NCBI RefSeq assembly: GCF_000145295.1
Contig: NC_014408.1
Location: 1,200,001 to 1,232,000 of the forward strand
Reading direction: 5' to 3'
DNA from: Methanothermobacter marburgensis str. Marburg
Lineage (GTDB): Archaea; Methanobacteriota; Methanobacteria; Methanobacteriales; Methanothermobacteraceae
DNA: 32,000 nucleotides
The number at the start of each line of letters is the position of its first letter. Within the stretch, counting starts at the first letter, position 1. The notes under the pieces were generated by a model. It searched no databases, was not told the DNA's origin, and saw only the letters and a program-made list of their open reading frames with translations. Of this stretch, positions 23,495 to 31,934 are shown piece by piece. Position numbers and translations under genes: made by a program.

Positions 23495-24946
23495 ATGAAG
23501 GTTCCAAGATGCATGAGTACACAGCATCCAGACAACGTTAACCCGCCGTTCTTTGCAGAAGAACCTGAACTGGGTGGTGAAGACGAGATAAGGGAGGCAT
23601 ACTACGTCTTCTCACACCTGGGATGTGACGAACAGATGTGGGACTGCGAGGGCAAGGAAGTGGACAACTACGTTGTAAAGAAACTCCTCACAAAGTACCA
23701 GGCCTTCTTCAGGGACCATGTCCTGGGTGAGGATCTGAGGCTCACCCTCAGGGTGCCCAACCCCACAGTTGAGAGGGCCGAGGCAAAGATACTCCTTGAG
23801 ACCCTTGAGAGCATACCCAGATCCTATGACACCGCAAGCCTCTTCTACGGGATGGACGCAGCCCCGGTCTTCGAGGTCATCCTCCCCATGACCTCATCAA
23901 GCAGCTGCCTCAACCGGATCCACAGCTACTACCTGGACTTTGTGAAGGGTAAGGAGAGGCTGCAGCTCGCAGATGGTGTGACCGTCAAGGAGTGGATAGG
24001 TGAATTCCGGCCCGACGAGATCAACGTTATCCCCCTCTTCGAGGACCATGAGGGGATGCTGAACGCCGCCAAGATCACAGGCGAGTACCTTGATGGTAAG
24101 GATATCCCGGAGCAGAGGGTCTTCCTTGCAAGGTCAGACCCTGCCATGAACTACGGTATGATATCAGCCACACTCCTCAACAGGATAGCCCTCTCAGACT
24201 TCCGGGACCTTGAGGAAGAGTCAGGAGTTAAACTCTACCCAATAATAGGTATGGGCTCAGCTCCCTTCAGGGGTAACCTCCGCCCCGATAATGTGGAGGA
24301 CGTTACCGGGGAGTACCGTGGCGCCTACACCTTCACTGTCCAGTCATCCTTCAAGTACGACCATGAACCATCAGATGTCATCAGGGGCATAAAGGAACTA
24401 AGGTCTGTTAAACCTGGCAGGGCAGCTGAAATCGAGCGTGAAGGTGTCCTGGAGATACTTTCAGCCTACTGCCGGGAGTACAGGAGGCAGGTCATGGACC
24501 TCGTGGACATCATAAACAGGGTTGCGAGGTACGTGCCCGGCAGGAGGAAGAGGAAGCTCCACATCGGACTCTTCGGATACTCAAGGAGCATGGGAAACGT
24601 TTCACTCCCAAGGGCAATAACCTTCACAGCGGCCCTCTACTCGCTGGGGGTTCCCCCGGAGCTGCTCGGGTTCAACGCGCTATCATCAGGTGACCTTGAA
24701 TTCATTGAGGAGGTCTACCCGGGTCTTGGAAGGGACCTCCATGACGCTGCAAGGTACGCCAACCCTGAATCACCATTCCTCAGCCCTGAGGTTAAATCCT
24801 CCTTTGAGGAGTACCTTGAACCTGAGTATGATGAGGGGCACATGAAGACCACAGAGGAGATCATAAGGGCCCTCAGAATCAACCGGACAGCCAACCTCCA
24901 GGAGCTCATCCTTGAGGCTGCAAGCCAGAGGAAGTTCCTCGGCTGA
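23495..24946 (+). CDS. ppcA: archaeal-type phosphoenolpyruvate carboxylase
   Basis: MKVPRCMSTQHPDNV...WDCEGKEVD is the conserved N-terminus of archaeal PEPC, first characterised from M. thermautotrophicus. ATG 23495 follows GGAGTG. The track start at GTG 23378 adds a Ser-rich non-homologous leader. Confidence 0.9.
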   Translation: MKVPRCMSTQHPDNVNPPFFAEEPELGGEDEIREAYYVFSHLGCDEQMWDCEGKEVDNYVVKKLLTKYQAFFRDHVLGEDLRLTLRVPNPTVERAEAKILLETLESIPRSYDTASLFYGMDAAPVFEVILPMTSSSSCLNRIHSYYLDFVKGKERLQLADGVTVKEWIGEFRPDEINVIPLFEDHEGMLNAAKITGEYLDGKDIPEQRVFLARSDPAMNYGMISATLLNRIALSDFRDLEEESGVKLYPIIGMGSAPFRGNLRPDNVEDVTGEYRGAYTFTVQSSFKYDHEPSDVIRGIKELRSVKPGRAAEIEREGVLEILSAYCREYRRQVMDLVDIINRVARYVPGRRKRKLHIGLFGYSRSMGNVSLPRAITFTAALYSLGVPPELLGFNALSSGDLEFIEEVYPGLGRDLHDAARYANPESPFLSPEVKSSFEEYLEPEYDEGHMKTTEEIIRALRINRTANLQELILEAASQRKFLG

Positions 24947-24958
24947 AAACCTCCACCA

Positions 24959-25001
24959 TTTTTGTGCTGAGCAGAGAGCTGCCCCCCATAAACTATTTTT
25001 T
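24959..25001 (+). terminator. two oligo-T tracts (T5 at 24959-24963, T6 at 24996-25001) after ppcA
   Basis: Archaeal terminators are oligo-T runs. The first lies 13 nt after the stop. Confidence 0.5.
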
Positions 25002-25195
25002 CTGTTCTGAAAGCATCCATACACATCCACTGTAAGACCATCCGGCCTTCCCACGGGTTCTGGCATCAGTCTACCCACTGTTCCTGACGGACCCGCTGAT
25101 ATAGAATTCTGGCATCACCATCCCCACCCTTCCTTACTGACCTGTTGATACATTAAAATAGCTCCACTGACATAACGATGATATGGGGGTGTTTT

Positions 25196-26020
25196 ATGGA
25201 CAACATTGAAAGAATTAAAATGATTGAGAAGTCCCCTATAAGTTTTGAGGGGCTGAGGAAGCTGAACATAGCGGCCGGGTCCCTGCACCTGATCCAGGGG
25301 CTTCTGATGGTTGCGCTGGGTTACCTGCTCACCTGGGACAGGGACATCTACACGTTTTACCTGAAGTTCAAGATACTCTCACTGAATCCGCCGTCATTCC
25401 AGGTCCTTCCCAGCCCTGAGGTGGCATTCACCGTGAGCTACCTCGGGGTGATCCTTGCATCCTTCCTCCTGATATCTGCGGTGGCCCACTTCACAATAGC
25501 CTTCCTCAGGAATGAGAGTTACGTTGAGAACCTGAAGAGGGGTATGAACCCCTACCGCTGGTACGAGTATGCTCTCTCAAGTTCAATAATGATAGTGATA
25601 CTGGCCACCTTCGTGGGGGTCTGGGACCTCTGGTCACTTGTGATGATCTTCGTCCTCAACGCATCGATGATAATGTTCGGCTACCTGATGGAGAAGATCA
25701 ACCAGTACACCGAGAAGATCGACTGGTCACCCTACCTACTGGGGTGCATCTCAGGCTTCACCCCATGGGTGGTCATTGCAGCCTACTTCATCGCCGCCCT
25801 GGGCTCCGCCGAGACACAGCCACCGGACTTCGTCTACCTCACACTGCTCATCTACTTTGTGATGTTCAACACATTCTCCGTCAACATGCTGCTGCAGTAC
25901 AGGGGTGTCGGTAAATGGAGGGACTACCTCTACGGTGAGAGGGTCTACATCATACTGAGCCTGGTTGCAAAGACCCTGCTGGCCTGGCTGGTGTTCATAG
26001 GGGTGTTCTCACCCTTCTAG
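25196..26020 (+). CDS. heliorhodopsin-family 7-TM protein
   Basis: Blocks HLIQ, AHF, NPYRWYEYALSSSIMIVILA, NASMIMFGYLMEK and GERVYIILSLVAKTLLAW match my recollection of heliorhodopsin 48C12 nearly residue for residue. ATG 25196 is 4 nt after GGGGGTG. The track start is ATG 25178. Confidence 0.8.
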   Translation: MDNIERIKMIEKSPISFEGLRKLNIAAGSLHLIQGLLMVALGYLLTWDRDIYTFYLKFKILSLNPPSFQVLPSPEVAFTVSYLGVILASFLLISAVAHFTIAFLRNESYVENLKRGMNPYRWYEYALSSSIMIVILATFVGVWDLWSLVMIFVLNASMIMFGYLMEKINQYTEKIDWSPYLLGCISGFTPWVVIAAYFIAALGSAETQPPDFVYLTLLIYFVMFNTFSVNMLLQYRGVGKWRDYLYGERVYIILSLVAKTLLAWLVFIGVFSPF

Positions 26021-26025
26021 TTCTA

Positions 26026-26043
26026 TTTTTTAACACCTTTTTT
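26026..26043 (+). terminator. two T6 tracts after the heliorhodopsin-like gene
   Basis: tttttt at 26026-26031 and at 26038-26043, 6-23 nt after the TAG. Confidence 0.5.
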
Positions 26044-26144
26044 ATGGAGGCATCCGGGGGTCAGCCACTCACTTTAAGAACCGCAAAGTATTTATAGGGG
26101 TTCCATGTAACCTTATCTTGTCGATATGAGCTCTTTTTAAGCAT

Positions 26145-26216
26145 AGTCCCGTGGGGTAATGGCAATCCTGATGGACTCTGGATCCATCGATAGCGGTTCG
26201 ACTCCGCTCGGGACTA
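26145..26216 (+). tRNA. tRNA-Gln (anticodon CUG)
   Basis: Hand-folded cloverleaf. Acceptor AGTCCCG/CGGGACT plus discriminator A. Anticodon arm ATGGA-CTCTGGA-TCCAT. T arm AGCGG-TTCGACT-CCGCT. No encoded CCA. Confidence 0.9.
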
Positions 26217-26284
26217 TCCCCCCATAACACCCCCCTTTTATCGAAACCTATTTATGAAGAACATCACCACCTAATAACTGTCAT

Positions 26285-26357
<73 letters not shown>

Positions 26358-26381
26358 CAAACCACTGATTCTGTGTCCAAA

Positions 26382-27506
26382 ATGGAGGAAATACTTGTAA
26401 TAGGCGTCAACACCCGACCTGTGGTTGAATCAGCCTTCAGGTTAGGGTACAGGGTCTACTCTGCAGGTTACTACTGCACAGCAGACTTCAAGCACTACAC
26501 CGAAAGAAGGTGCATACTGAGGGAGCGTAGCGGTGAAAGCTGCGGGAGATTCCATGAGAACTTCAGTCAGGAGAAGCTCCTTGAAGCAGCCTCAGATTTC
26601 ATAGAAAGGGCTGATGGTATAATCCCCCTCACAGGCGCACCCCCTCTCCCAGGGGAGAAGGTCCTCGGTAACTCCAGGGTTGATCACGTGGAGGACAAGT
26701 ACCGCCTCTACAGGAGGATCAGGAACTCATACCCCACACCCGAGACACACCTCATCAGTGACCCTGCCGAGGCGATGGAGATTGTAGCTGCAGGGGAGAA
26801 GAAATACATCGCAAAGCCGGTTTCCGGCGCTGGAGGCTTTGGTGTCACCGAGTTCCGCGAAGGTGATGGGGAGTTCCTCCTCCAGGAGTACATCGAGGGC
26901 GTCCCTGTGAGTGCCTCTGTTCTTTCAACCGGAGAGGATGCCATCACGGTTCTGACGAGCAGGCAGATCATCGACAGGGGCGTACCTGGATTTGAGGGGC
27001 AGTTCGTCTACGCCGGTAACATGACACCAGGGCCCTCAGGGGAGATTGAGGATCTTGCCAGTGACCTCATACTTGACCTCTCCCTGCGCGGATCCAACGG
27101 CGTCGACCTCATAATGAGGGACTCCGAGCTGTATGTCATAGAGGTCAATCCCAGGATACAGGGGACCTTTGAGTGTGCTGAAGCCTCCCTGGGAATAAAC
27201 ATGGTGGATGCCCATATCAGGGCATGCATGGGCGAGCTTATAGAAAAACCGGACCCGGTCAGTTATGCTGTTAAGAGGATACTCTATGCCCCGGCAAGGT
27301 GCCGGGTGGGTGAGATAAAAACCATGGGGGTCCATGACCTTCCTGTCCCGGGAACCATAATTGAGGAGGGTGAACCCCTGCTGACCGTCCTGGCCTCCCA
27401 TAACTCCATGGAGGCCGCTGAGAACCTTGCATCAAACATCTGCTCCAGGGTCAAGAAAGAACTCCATTACCTCCGATGCCCCCCACCTCGACCACAGGGA
27501 GTATGA
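26382..27506 (+). CDS. ATP-grasp superfamily enzyme (COG2232-like predicted carboligase)
   Basis: About 374 aa. The N-terminal pre-ATP-grasp region is ILVIGVNTRPVVESAFRLGY. The central part (KYIAKPVSGAGGFGV...LLQEYIEG.PVSASV...NGVDLI...YVIEVNPR) fits the ATP-grasp fold. GTG 26373 is the alternative start. Confidence 0.75.
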   Translation: MEEILVIGVNTRPVVESAFRLGYRVYSAGYYCTADFKHYTERRCILRERSGESCGRFHENFSQEKLLEAASDFIERADGIIPLTGAPPLPGEKVLGNSRVDHVEDKYRLYRRIRNSYPTPETHLISDPAEAMEIVAAGEKKYIAKPVSGAGGFGVTEFREGDGEFLLQEYIEGVPVSASVLSTGEDAITVLTSRQIIDRGVPGFEGQFVYAGNMTPGPSGEIEDLASDLILDLSLRGSNGVDLIMRDSELYVIEVNPRIQGTFECAEASLGINMVDAHIRACMGELIEKPDPVSYAVKRILYAPARCRVGEIKTMGVHDLPVPGTIIEEGEPLLTVLASHNSMEAAENLASNICSRVKKELHYLRCPPPRPQGV

Positions 27507-27545
27507 GAATATATTGTCAAGAAAGAACTCCATTACCTCCGATGC
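27450..27545. repeat. 30-bp perfect direct repeat, period 66 bp, spanning the ATP-grasp stop codon
   Basis: gtcaagaaagaactccattacctccgatgc occurs at 27450-27479 and 27516-27545. Confidence 0.95.
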
Positions 27546-27866
27546 TGAGAACCTTCTGCTCCATTAAAGAACCCTACTTTAAGGGGACAAACTGCATATC
27601 CTAGGGTTAAGAAGAAGGTGGATTTAAGATACCTCTGGAGCAGATCCTTAAGGTATCTGCCATGAAATTTGCAGCTGCTTATCCGGCTCTTGCAGTGCCC
27701 ATACTGTTCAATGTCTCTTATATCCTGTCTTTTTGCAGTGTCCATGTACTCTCCAGTGCCCATTTTCCCCTGATATGATCATCTCAGGTAACTGGATCTG
27801 GTGTCCTGCATTCAGAACCCCGTCCATGGATATCCTCCGATAACATGAATCACCGCGGGACAGGCA

Positions 27867-28016
27867 TCAGATTATGCCAAGCAGTAGGAGTATCAGTATT
27901 ATGGTACCTATCGTTATGAGCACCGTGCTCAGAATCATGCCACCTGTCATTAAAAGGAAAAGTTTGGCCCTCCTATCAGGGTCCTTAAGGTACTCCTTAA
28001 GCGGATCCCTGCTCAT
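27867..28016 (-). CDS. unlisted small membrane protein, 49 aa (MSRDPLKEYLKDPDRRAKLFLLMTGGMILSTVLITIGTIILILLLLGII)
   Basis: Hand translation. GGAGGT (28029-28024) directly follows the stop of the upstream DUF61 gene and lies 7 nt before ATG 28016. One C-terminal TM. Confidence 0.5.
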   Translation of the reverse strand: MSRDPLKEYLKDPDRRAKLFLLMTGGMILSTVLITIGTIILILLLLGII

Positions 28017-28029
28017 TCCATCAACCTCC

Positions 28030-28437
28030 TTAGAGCTCCCTCACAAGGAACATGTACTGTGTAACCGTTGGAAACCTCGCCCTCAGCACCCTCATCTCAG
28101 GTCTGTAGATGTAGATCTCATCACCCTCATCATCCCTCTCAAGGACCTCCGAGACCACCTTCACCTCAATATCACCGGCGATCCTTGCACCTGAGGTCTC
28201 AGATTCTATCTCAATGTATATCGGGAGCCTCAGCCTCCTTGCCTCATCCTCAGTCAGCATCCCCCTGAGGTCTTCAAGTTCAGCCCATTTGAACCTGTGC
28301 CTGGTGCCATCAGCCCCTGTAACATGGGGCCTGTCCTCCCTGAGGAGCTCCTCCAGGGTCTTCCTCCTTGAGGGGAGATGACGGTTGAGGTTAAAGATCT
28401 CCTTCTTCATCAGCATGTCTGATCTGTCACCTCTCAT
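28030..28437 (-). CDS. UPF0216 / DUF61 family protein
   Basis: LNRHLPSRRKTLEELL...P.V...DG..H.F...EL...RLRLPIYIEI...RARFPTVTQYMF matches the archaeal UPF0216 pattern as I recall it. The start could instead be a downstream ATG (28416 or 28410). Confidence 0.65.
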   Translation of the reverse strand: MRGDRSDMLMKKEIFNLNRHLPSRRKTLEELLREDRPHVTGADGTRHRFKWAELEDLRGMLTEDEARRLRLPIYIEIESETSGARIAGDIEVKVVSEVLERDDEGDEIYIYRPEMRVLRARFPTVTQYMFLVREL

Positions 28438-28495
28438 CCTATTAGGCTATGTTTTATATTCTATAAAACATTAATATCTTAGTGGAGGGTGTACC

Positions 28496-28828
28496 TTGGA
28501 TATCGATATCGAGCAGTGCCGGGAAAATGATAAGATAAAGGAGATAATAAGCGGCAGCGGACTCCCCATAAAGTATATAAAACTTCTTTTAAGGCTCTCG
28601 GACGGGATATACATAAACGGCGTCAACTACAATGTGAAGATAGAAGATGACATGGTCTCAGTCATCCTCATATCCTCCAAGCCCGAGAACAGGACAGGGG
28701 TTTTCAGGACAGGGGCCCTCACCAACATATTCTACCGTGTACGTGAAATGGAAAAGGAGCATGAGGAGATAAAGACCGAGACCCGGGCCAGTGGTAACCT
28801 CATAGAGTTAAGGATACATCTCCAGTAG
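28496..28828 (+). CDS. hypothetical protein, 110 aa
   Basis: TTG start 4 nt after GGAGGGTG. AT-rich TATA-like region 28451-28469 upstream. No recognisable family. Confidence 0.5.
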   Translation: MDIDIEQCRENDKIKEIISGSGLPIKYIKLLLRLSDGIYINGVNYNVKIEDDMVSVILISSKPENRTGVFRTGALTNIFYRVREMEKEHEEIKTETRASGNLIELRIHLQ

Positions 28829-28840
28829 GGGTGATGGTTG

Positions 28841-29263
28841 ATGGATCCTGAGGACTATCACAGGATTCTCACCGAACTTGCAGATTTCCGGGACCTTGAC
28901 ACGTCCACGATAGCCTCCCTAAGGAGTTCCCTGGTGGAACTGAAGGATAGAAGGGACCAGCTCCTTGAGATCAGAACGAACCTGAAGAGGGATATCAGGG
29001 GCGTTGAGAGATACTACCTTGAGTGGATGGCCGAGGTAAGGAATGATGTTGAGGAGCTGAGGGAGGGCTCATCAAGACTCAGAAGGATCATTTCAGGTAA
29101 CCCCGCCACTGCCCAGGCCAGGGCCATGAAACAGCTGAAGATGAACCGTGAAGCACTGGTGGAAACCTACCGGGACCTCCTGGAGTACACAGAGGAACTC
29201 ACCGAGCACATTGAGGACCTGATGATTGAACTCTATGAGGAAATGAAAGGCTTCCTGGGATAA
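28841..29263 (+). CDS. hypothetical coiled-coil protein, 140 aa
   Basis: ATG 28841 follows AGGGGTGA. Heptad-like E/R/L-rich sequence throughout. Starts 13 nt after the preceding ORF. Confidence 0.55.
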   Translation: MDPEDYHRILTELADFRDLDTSTIASLRSSLVELKDRRDQLLEIRTNLKRDIRGVERYYLEWMAEVRNDVEELREGSSRLRRIISGNPATAQARAMKQLKMNREALVETYRDLLEYTEELTEHIEDLMIELYEEMKGFLG

Positions 29264-29480
29264 ACCATTTCTGGAAGAAAGGCCTCAGGATTCATGGGAC
29301 TCCATCCAGAGAATGGAATTATCTGCACGGCCCAGTATACGAATGGTACGTTTAATACGACGAAATCTATTCCCTATGCCGAATCCGGATAAGTGTAGTG
29401 AAGTGAGAGAAAATCAGGGGTCACTCATCACATAAAACATTCTCTGAGCGTTGGAACTGGAGCAACTTTAAAAATAAATA

Positions 29481-29864
29481 TTAGTGGGTTAATTCAACCG
29501 GTAGAATTATGAGGACACCCAGGAGGTCGTTCCTGCTGATTTTCCCGTCTGCAGCAGCTACGAAGGTTGCATGGTCTGCCTTACGGTCCATGCTTATGGG
29601 TAGGGGTGTCTCCTCCCCTGCAGCTATCGGATGACCCAGGGGGTTCGTGGCGTAGGCACACATGAAGACTATGTGGTTTGCCGGTATACTGACCTCCTTG
29701 ATCTTAACCGGCTTTGCTTCGCCGGCCCTGACCTCAACGTCCTCGTCTGCAATGATGGCCCTGAGGTTCCCGTAGACCTCACCCATCCTGAAGTCCACGA
29801 GTTCCCTCCTGTATTTCTCCTCGGCCTCGCGGACCTGGCCGAACCTTGTGAGTATCCTAACCAT
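29481..29864 (-). CDS. hypothetical protein, 127 aa, translationally coupled to atpD
   Basis: Its ATG overlaps the atpD TGA by one base (TGATG). No recognisable family by eye. Confidence 0.6.
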   Translation of the reverse strand: MVRILTRFGQVREAEEKYRRELVDFRMGEVYGNLRAIIADEDVEVRAGEAKPVKIKEVSIPANHIVFMCAYATNPLGHPIAAGEETPLPISMDRKADHATFVAAADGKISRNDLLGVLIILPVELTH

Positions 29865-30505
29865 CACTCCATCTCCATGGATTTTTTGATCATCTTCAAC
29901 CTGACGAAGTTCTCCCTCTCCATCTCCTCGAGCCTCATCTCAATGTACTTGACGGTGTTCTTGAGCCTCGGGATTATGATGTGTTCGAGGGCGTTAACCC
30001 TTCGCTTGGTTGATTCTATCTCACCGGCGAGGAGCCTTATGGTCTTCTCGATCTCACCGAGTTCTATTATGAGTGCCAGGGACTCCTCGAATTTTCTGGC
30101 TGCCTCGTCGAGTTTTACTGATGTGTCCACAAGGCCGTATCCACGTTCAACCACGGTCCTCTGGGTTGCCCGGGCATCGACCACCGGTACAACGACACCC
30201 ATTATACTCCTTGAGTCTATGTCGACCTCCACGGACTCCCTCACAGACATTGCAGCCCTCTCAACTGCAGTGTCGCCCATGAGTACCTGGGCCTCTGTGA
30301 GGTCAGAGAAGGCCTCCTTGAGGTGCTCCTCCACCTTTTCACGGGAACCCTTAACCCTCTCAAGGATGTTGAAGAACTCCATGATAAGGGCGTTCCTCTT
30401 CTCCTTGAGGAGACTGTAACCCTTGACAGCGAGTTTCTCACGCTGCTTGAGTTTCAGGAGCTCCATCCTTGTGGGGTTGATCCCCTCAATCATTTCCTGT
30501 GCCAT
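29864..30505 (-). CDS. atpD: A1Ao (V-type) ATP synthase subunit D
   Basis: [44 protein letters not shown] is the typical N-terminus of A/V-type subunit D. It follows atpB. Confidence 0.9.
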
Positions 30506-30540
30506 TGGCTAACTCTCCTGAAAAAGGATGTTGGGGGTGG

Positions 30541-31932
30541 TTATTCGGCACCCGGGAGGTACTTGGGTATGTGCTCCTCGCGGACCCTCTTGAGTTCGGA
30601 CCTCGGGAGGAGTGATAGCAGTTCCCATCCGAGGTTGAGGGTCTCCTCTATGGAGCGGTCCTCGTCACGTGCCTGGGTGATGAAGCGTTTCTCAAATTCA
30701 TCAGCGAATTTGAGGAACTTGCGGTCCCTCTCTGTGAGGGCCTCCTCACCCACAACCGCCATGAGGTCCCTGAGGTCACGTCCCTCGGCGTAGGCACTGT
30801 ATAGCTGGTCTGAGACACCGCTGTGGTCCTCACGTGTCCTTCCCTCACCGATACCACCACTCATGAGCCTGGATAGTGATGGGAGCACGTCCACCGGTGG
30901 GTATATACCCTTACGGTGGAGGTCACGGCTCAGCACTATCTGGCCCTCGGTGATGTAACCTGTCAGGTCAGGTATGGGGTGTGTGATGTCGTCCTGTGGC
31001 ATCACCAGTATGGGCATCTGTGTGATTGACCCCTCCTTGCCGACTATACGCCCTGCCCTCTCATAGAGGCTTGCAAGGTCGGTGTACATGTACCCCGGGT
31101 AACCCCTTCGTCCTGGGACCTCCTCCCTTGCAGCTGAGATCTCCCTTAGGGCCTCACAGTAGTTTGTGAGGTCGGTGAGTATGACCAGGACGTGCATGTC
31201 GTGCTCGAAGGCAAAGTACTCTGCTGTTGTGAGGGCCATCCTCGGGGTGATGATACGCTCAATGGCAGGGTCGTCTGCCAGGTTCATGAAGACCGTAACA
31301 CGCTCAAGGGCCCCTGTCCTCTCGAAGTCCCTCATGAAGTAGTTTGCCTCTTCGTGGGTGATACCCATGGCCGCGAAGATAACCGCGAATTCGCTCTCCT
31401 CTGCAAGCACCTTGGCCTGCCTTGCGATCTGGGCTGCCAGTTCGTTGTGTGGAAGCCCTGAACCTGAGAATATAGGCAGCTTCTGACCCCTCACCAGGGT
31501 GTTCATCCCGTCAATGGTTGATATACCGGTCTGTATGAACTCGGCAGGGAACTCCCTTGCAGCGGGGTTCATGGGGCTACCGTTGATGTCGAGCTCCTTC
31601 TCGGGTATGATCTCAGGGCCACCGTCTATGGGTTTACCTGTACCGTCGAATATTCGGCCCATCATGTCCAGGGATACGCCGATCTTCGCTGTTTCACCTG
31701 TGAACCTTATCTTTGTTGTCTCTGTGTTGAGGTCACTGGTACCCTCAAAGACCTGTACGACTGCAAGGTCCTCCCTGACTTCCAGTACCTGTCCCCTTCT
31801 CTTCTCACCTGTGGGTGTTTCAATCTCCACTATCTCACTGTAGGCAACCCCTTCAACACCCTCAACGATCATTAAAGGACCTGAGACCTCTGTGACGGTG
31901 GTGTATTCACGGGTTTTGATGTTAACGTTCAT
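30541..31932 (-). CDS. atpB: A1Ao (V-type) ATP synthase subunit B
   Basis: [40 protein letters not shown] and [29 protein letters not shown] are typical of the non-catalytic B subunit. ATG 31932 is preferred; the track start is GTG 31938. Confidence 0.95.
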   Translation of the reverse strand: MNVNIKTREYTTVTEVSGPLMIVEGVEGVAYSEIVEIETPTGEKRRGQVLEVREDLAVVQVFEGTSDLNTETTKIRFTGETAKIGVSLDMMGRIFDGTGKPIDGGPEIIPEKELDINGSPMNPAAREFPAEFIQTGISTIDGMNTLVRGQKLPIFSGSGLPHNELAAQIARQAKVLAEESEFAVIFAAMGITHEEANYFMRDFERTGALERVTVFMNLADDPAIERIITPRMALTTAEYFAFEHDMHVLVILTDLTNYCEALREISAAREEVPGRRGYPGYMYTDLASLYERAGRIVGKEGSITQMPILVMPQDDITHPIPDLTGYITEGQIVLSRDLHRKGIYPPVDVLPSLSRLMSGGIGEGRTREDHSGVSDQLYSAYAEGRDLRDLMAVVGEEALTERDRKFLKFADEFEKRFITQARDEDRSIEETLNLGWELLSLLPRSELKRVREEHIPKYLPGAE

Positions 31933-31934
31933 CT

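Noticed and set aside
27533-27763. 76-aa minus-strand ORF (MGTGEYMDTAKRQ...)
   Set aside because: It has a weak AGGGG before the ATG, but the sequence has no recognisable fold. Its 3' third is made of the duplicated ATP-grasp fragment. I left it uncalled; it may be a remnant or a very young gene.
27770-27787. 18-bp near-palindrome ctgatatgatcatctcag upstream of the 76-aa ORF
   Set aside because: It has two mismatches and is a single copy next to an ORF I do not trust. That is not enough to call a regulatory site.
27874-28194. 106-aa plus-strand ORF
   Set aside because: It is antisense to the DUF61 gene and to the SD-preceded 49-aa ORF, with no SD of its own.
29264-29480. 217-bp ORF-free gap between convergent genes, checked for a C/D-box sRNA or other ncRNA
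   Set aside because: The minus strand has GTGATGA followed by CTGA, but only 7 nt apart instead of about 12. There is no matching C'/D pair and no convincing stem. This cannot be decided without covariance models.
29631-30419. 262-aa plus-strand ORF
   Set aside because: It is antisense to atpD and the coupled downstream ORF. The composition is Ser/Leu-rich shadow-frame. The opposite strand encodes an unmistakable ATPase D subunit.
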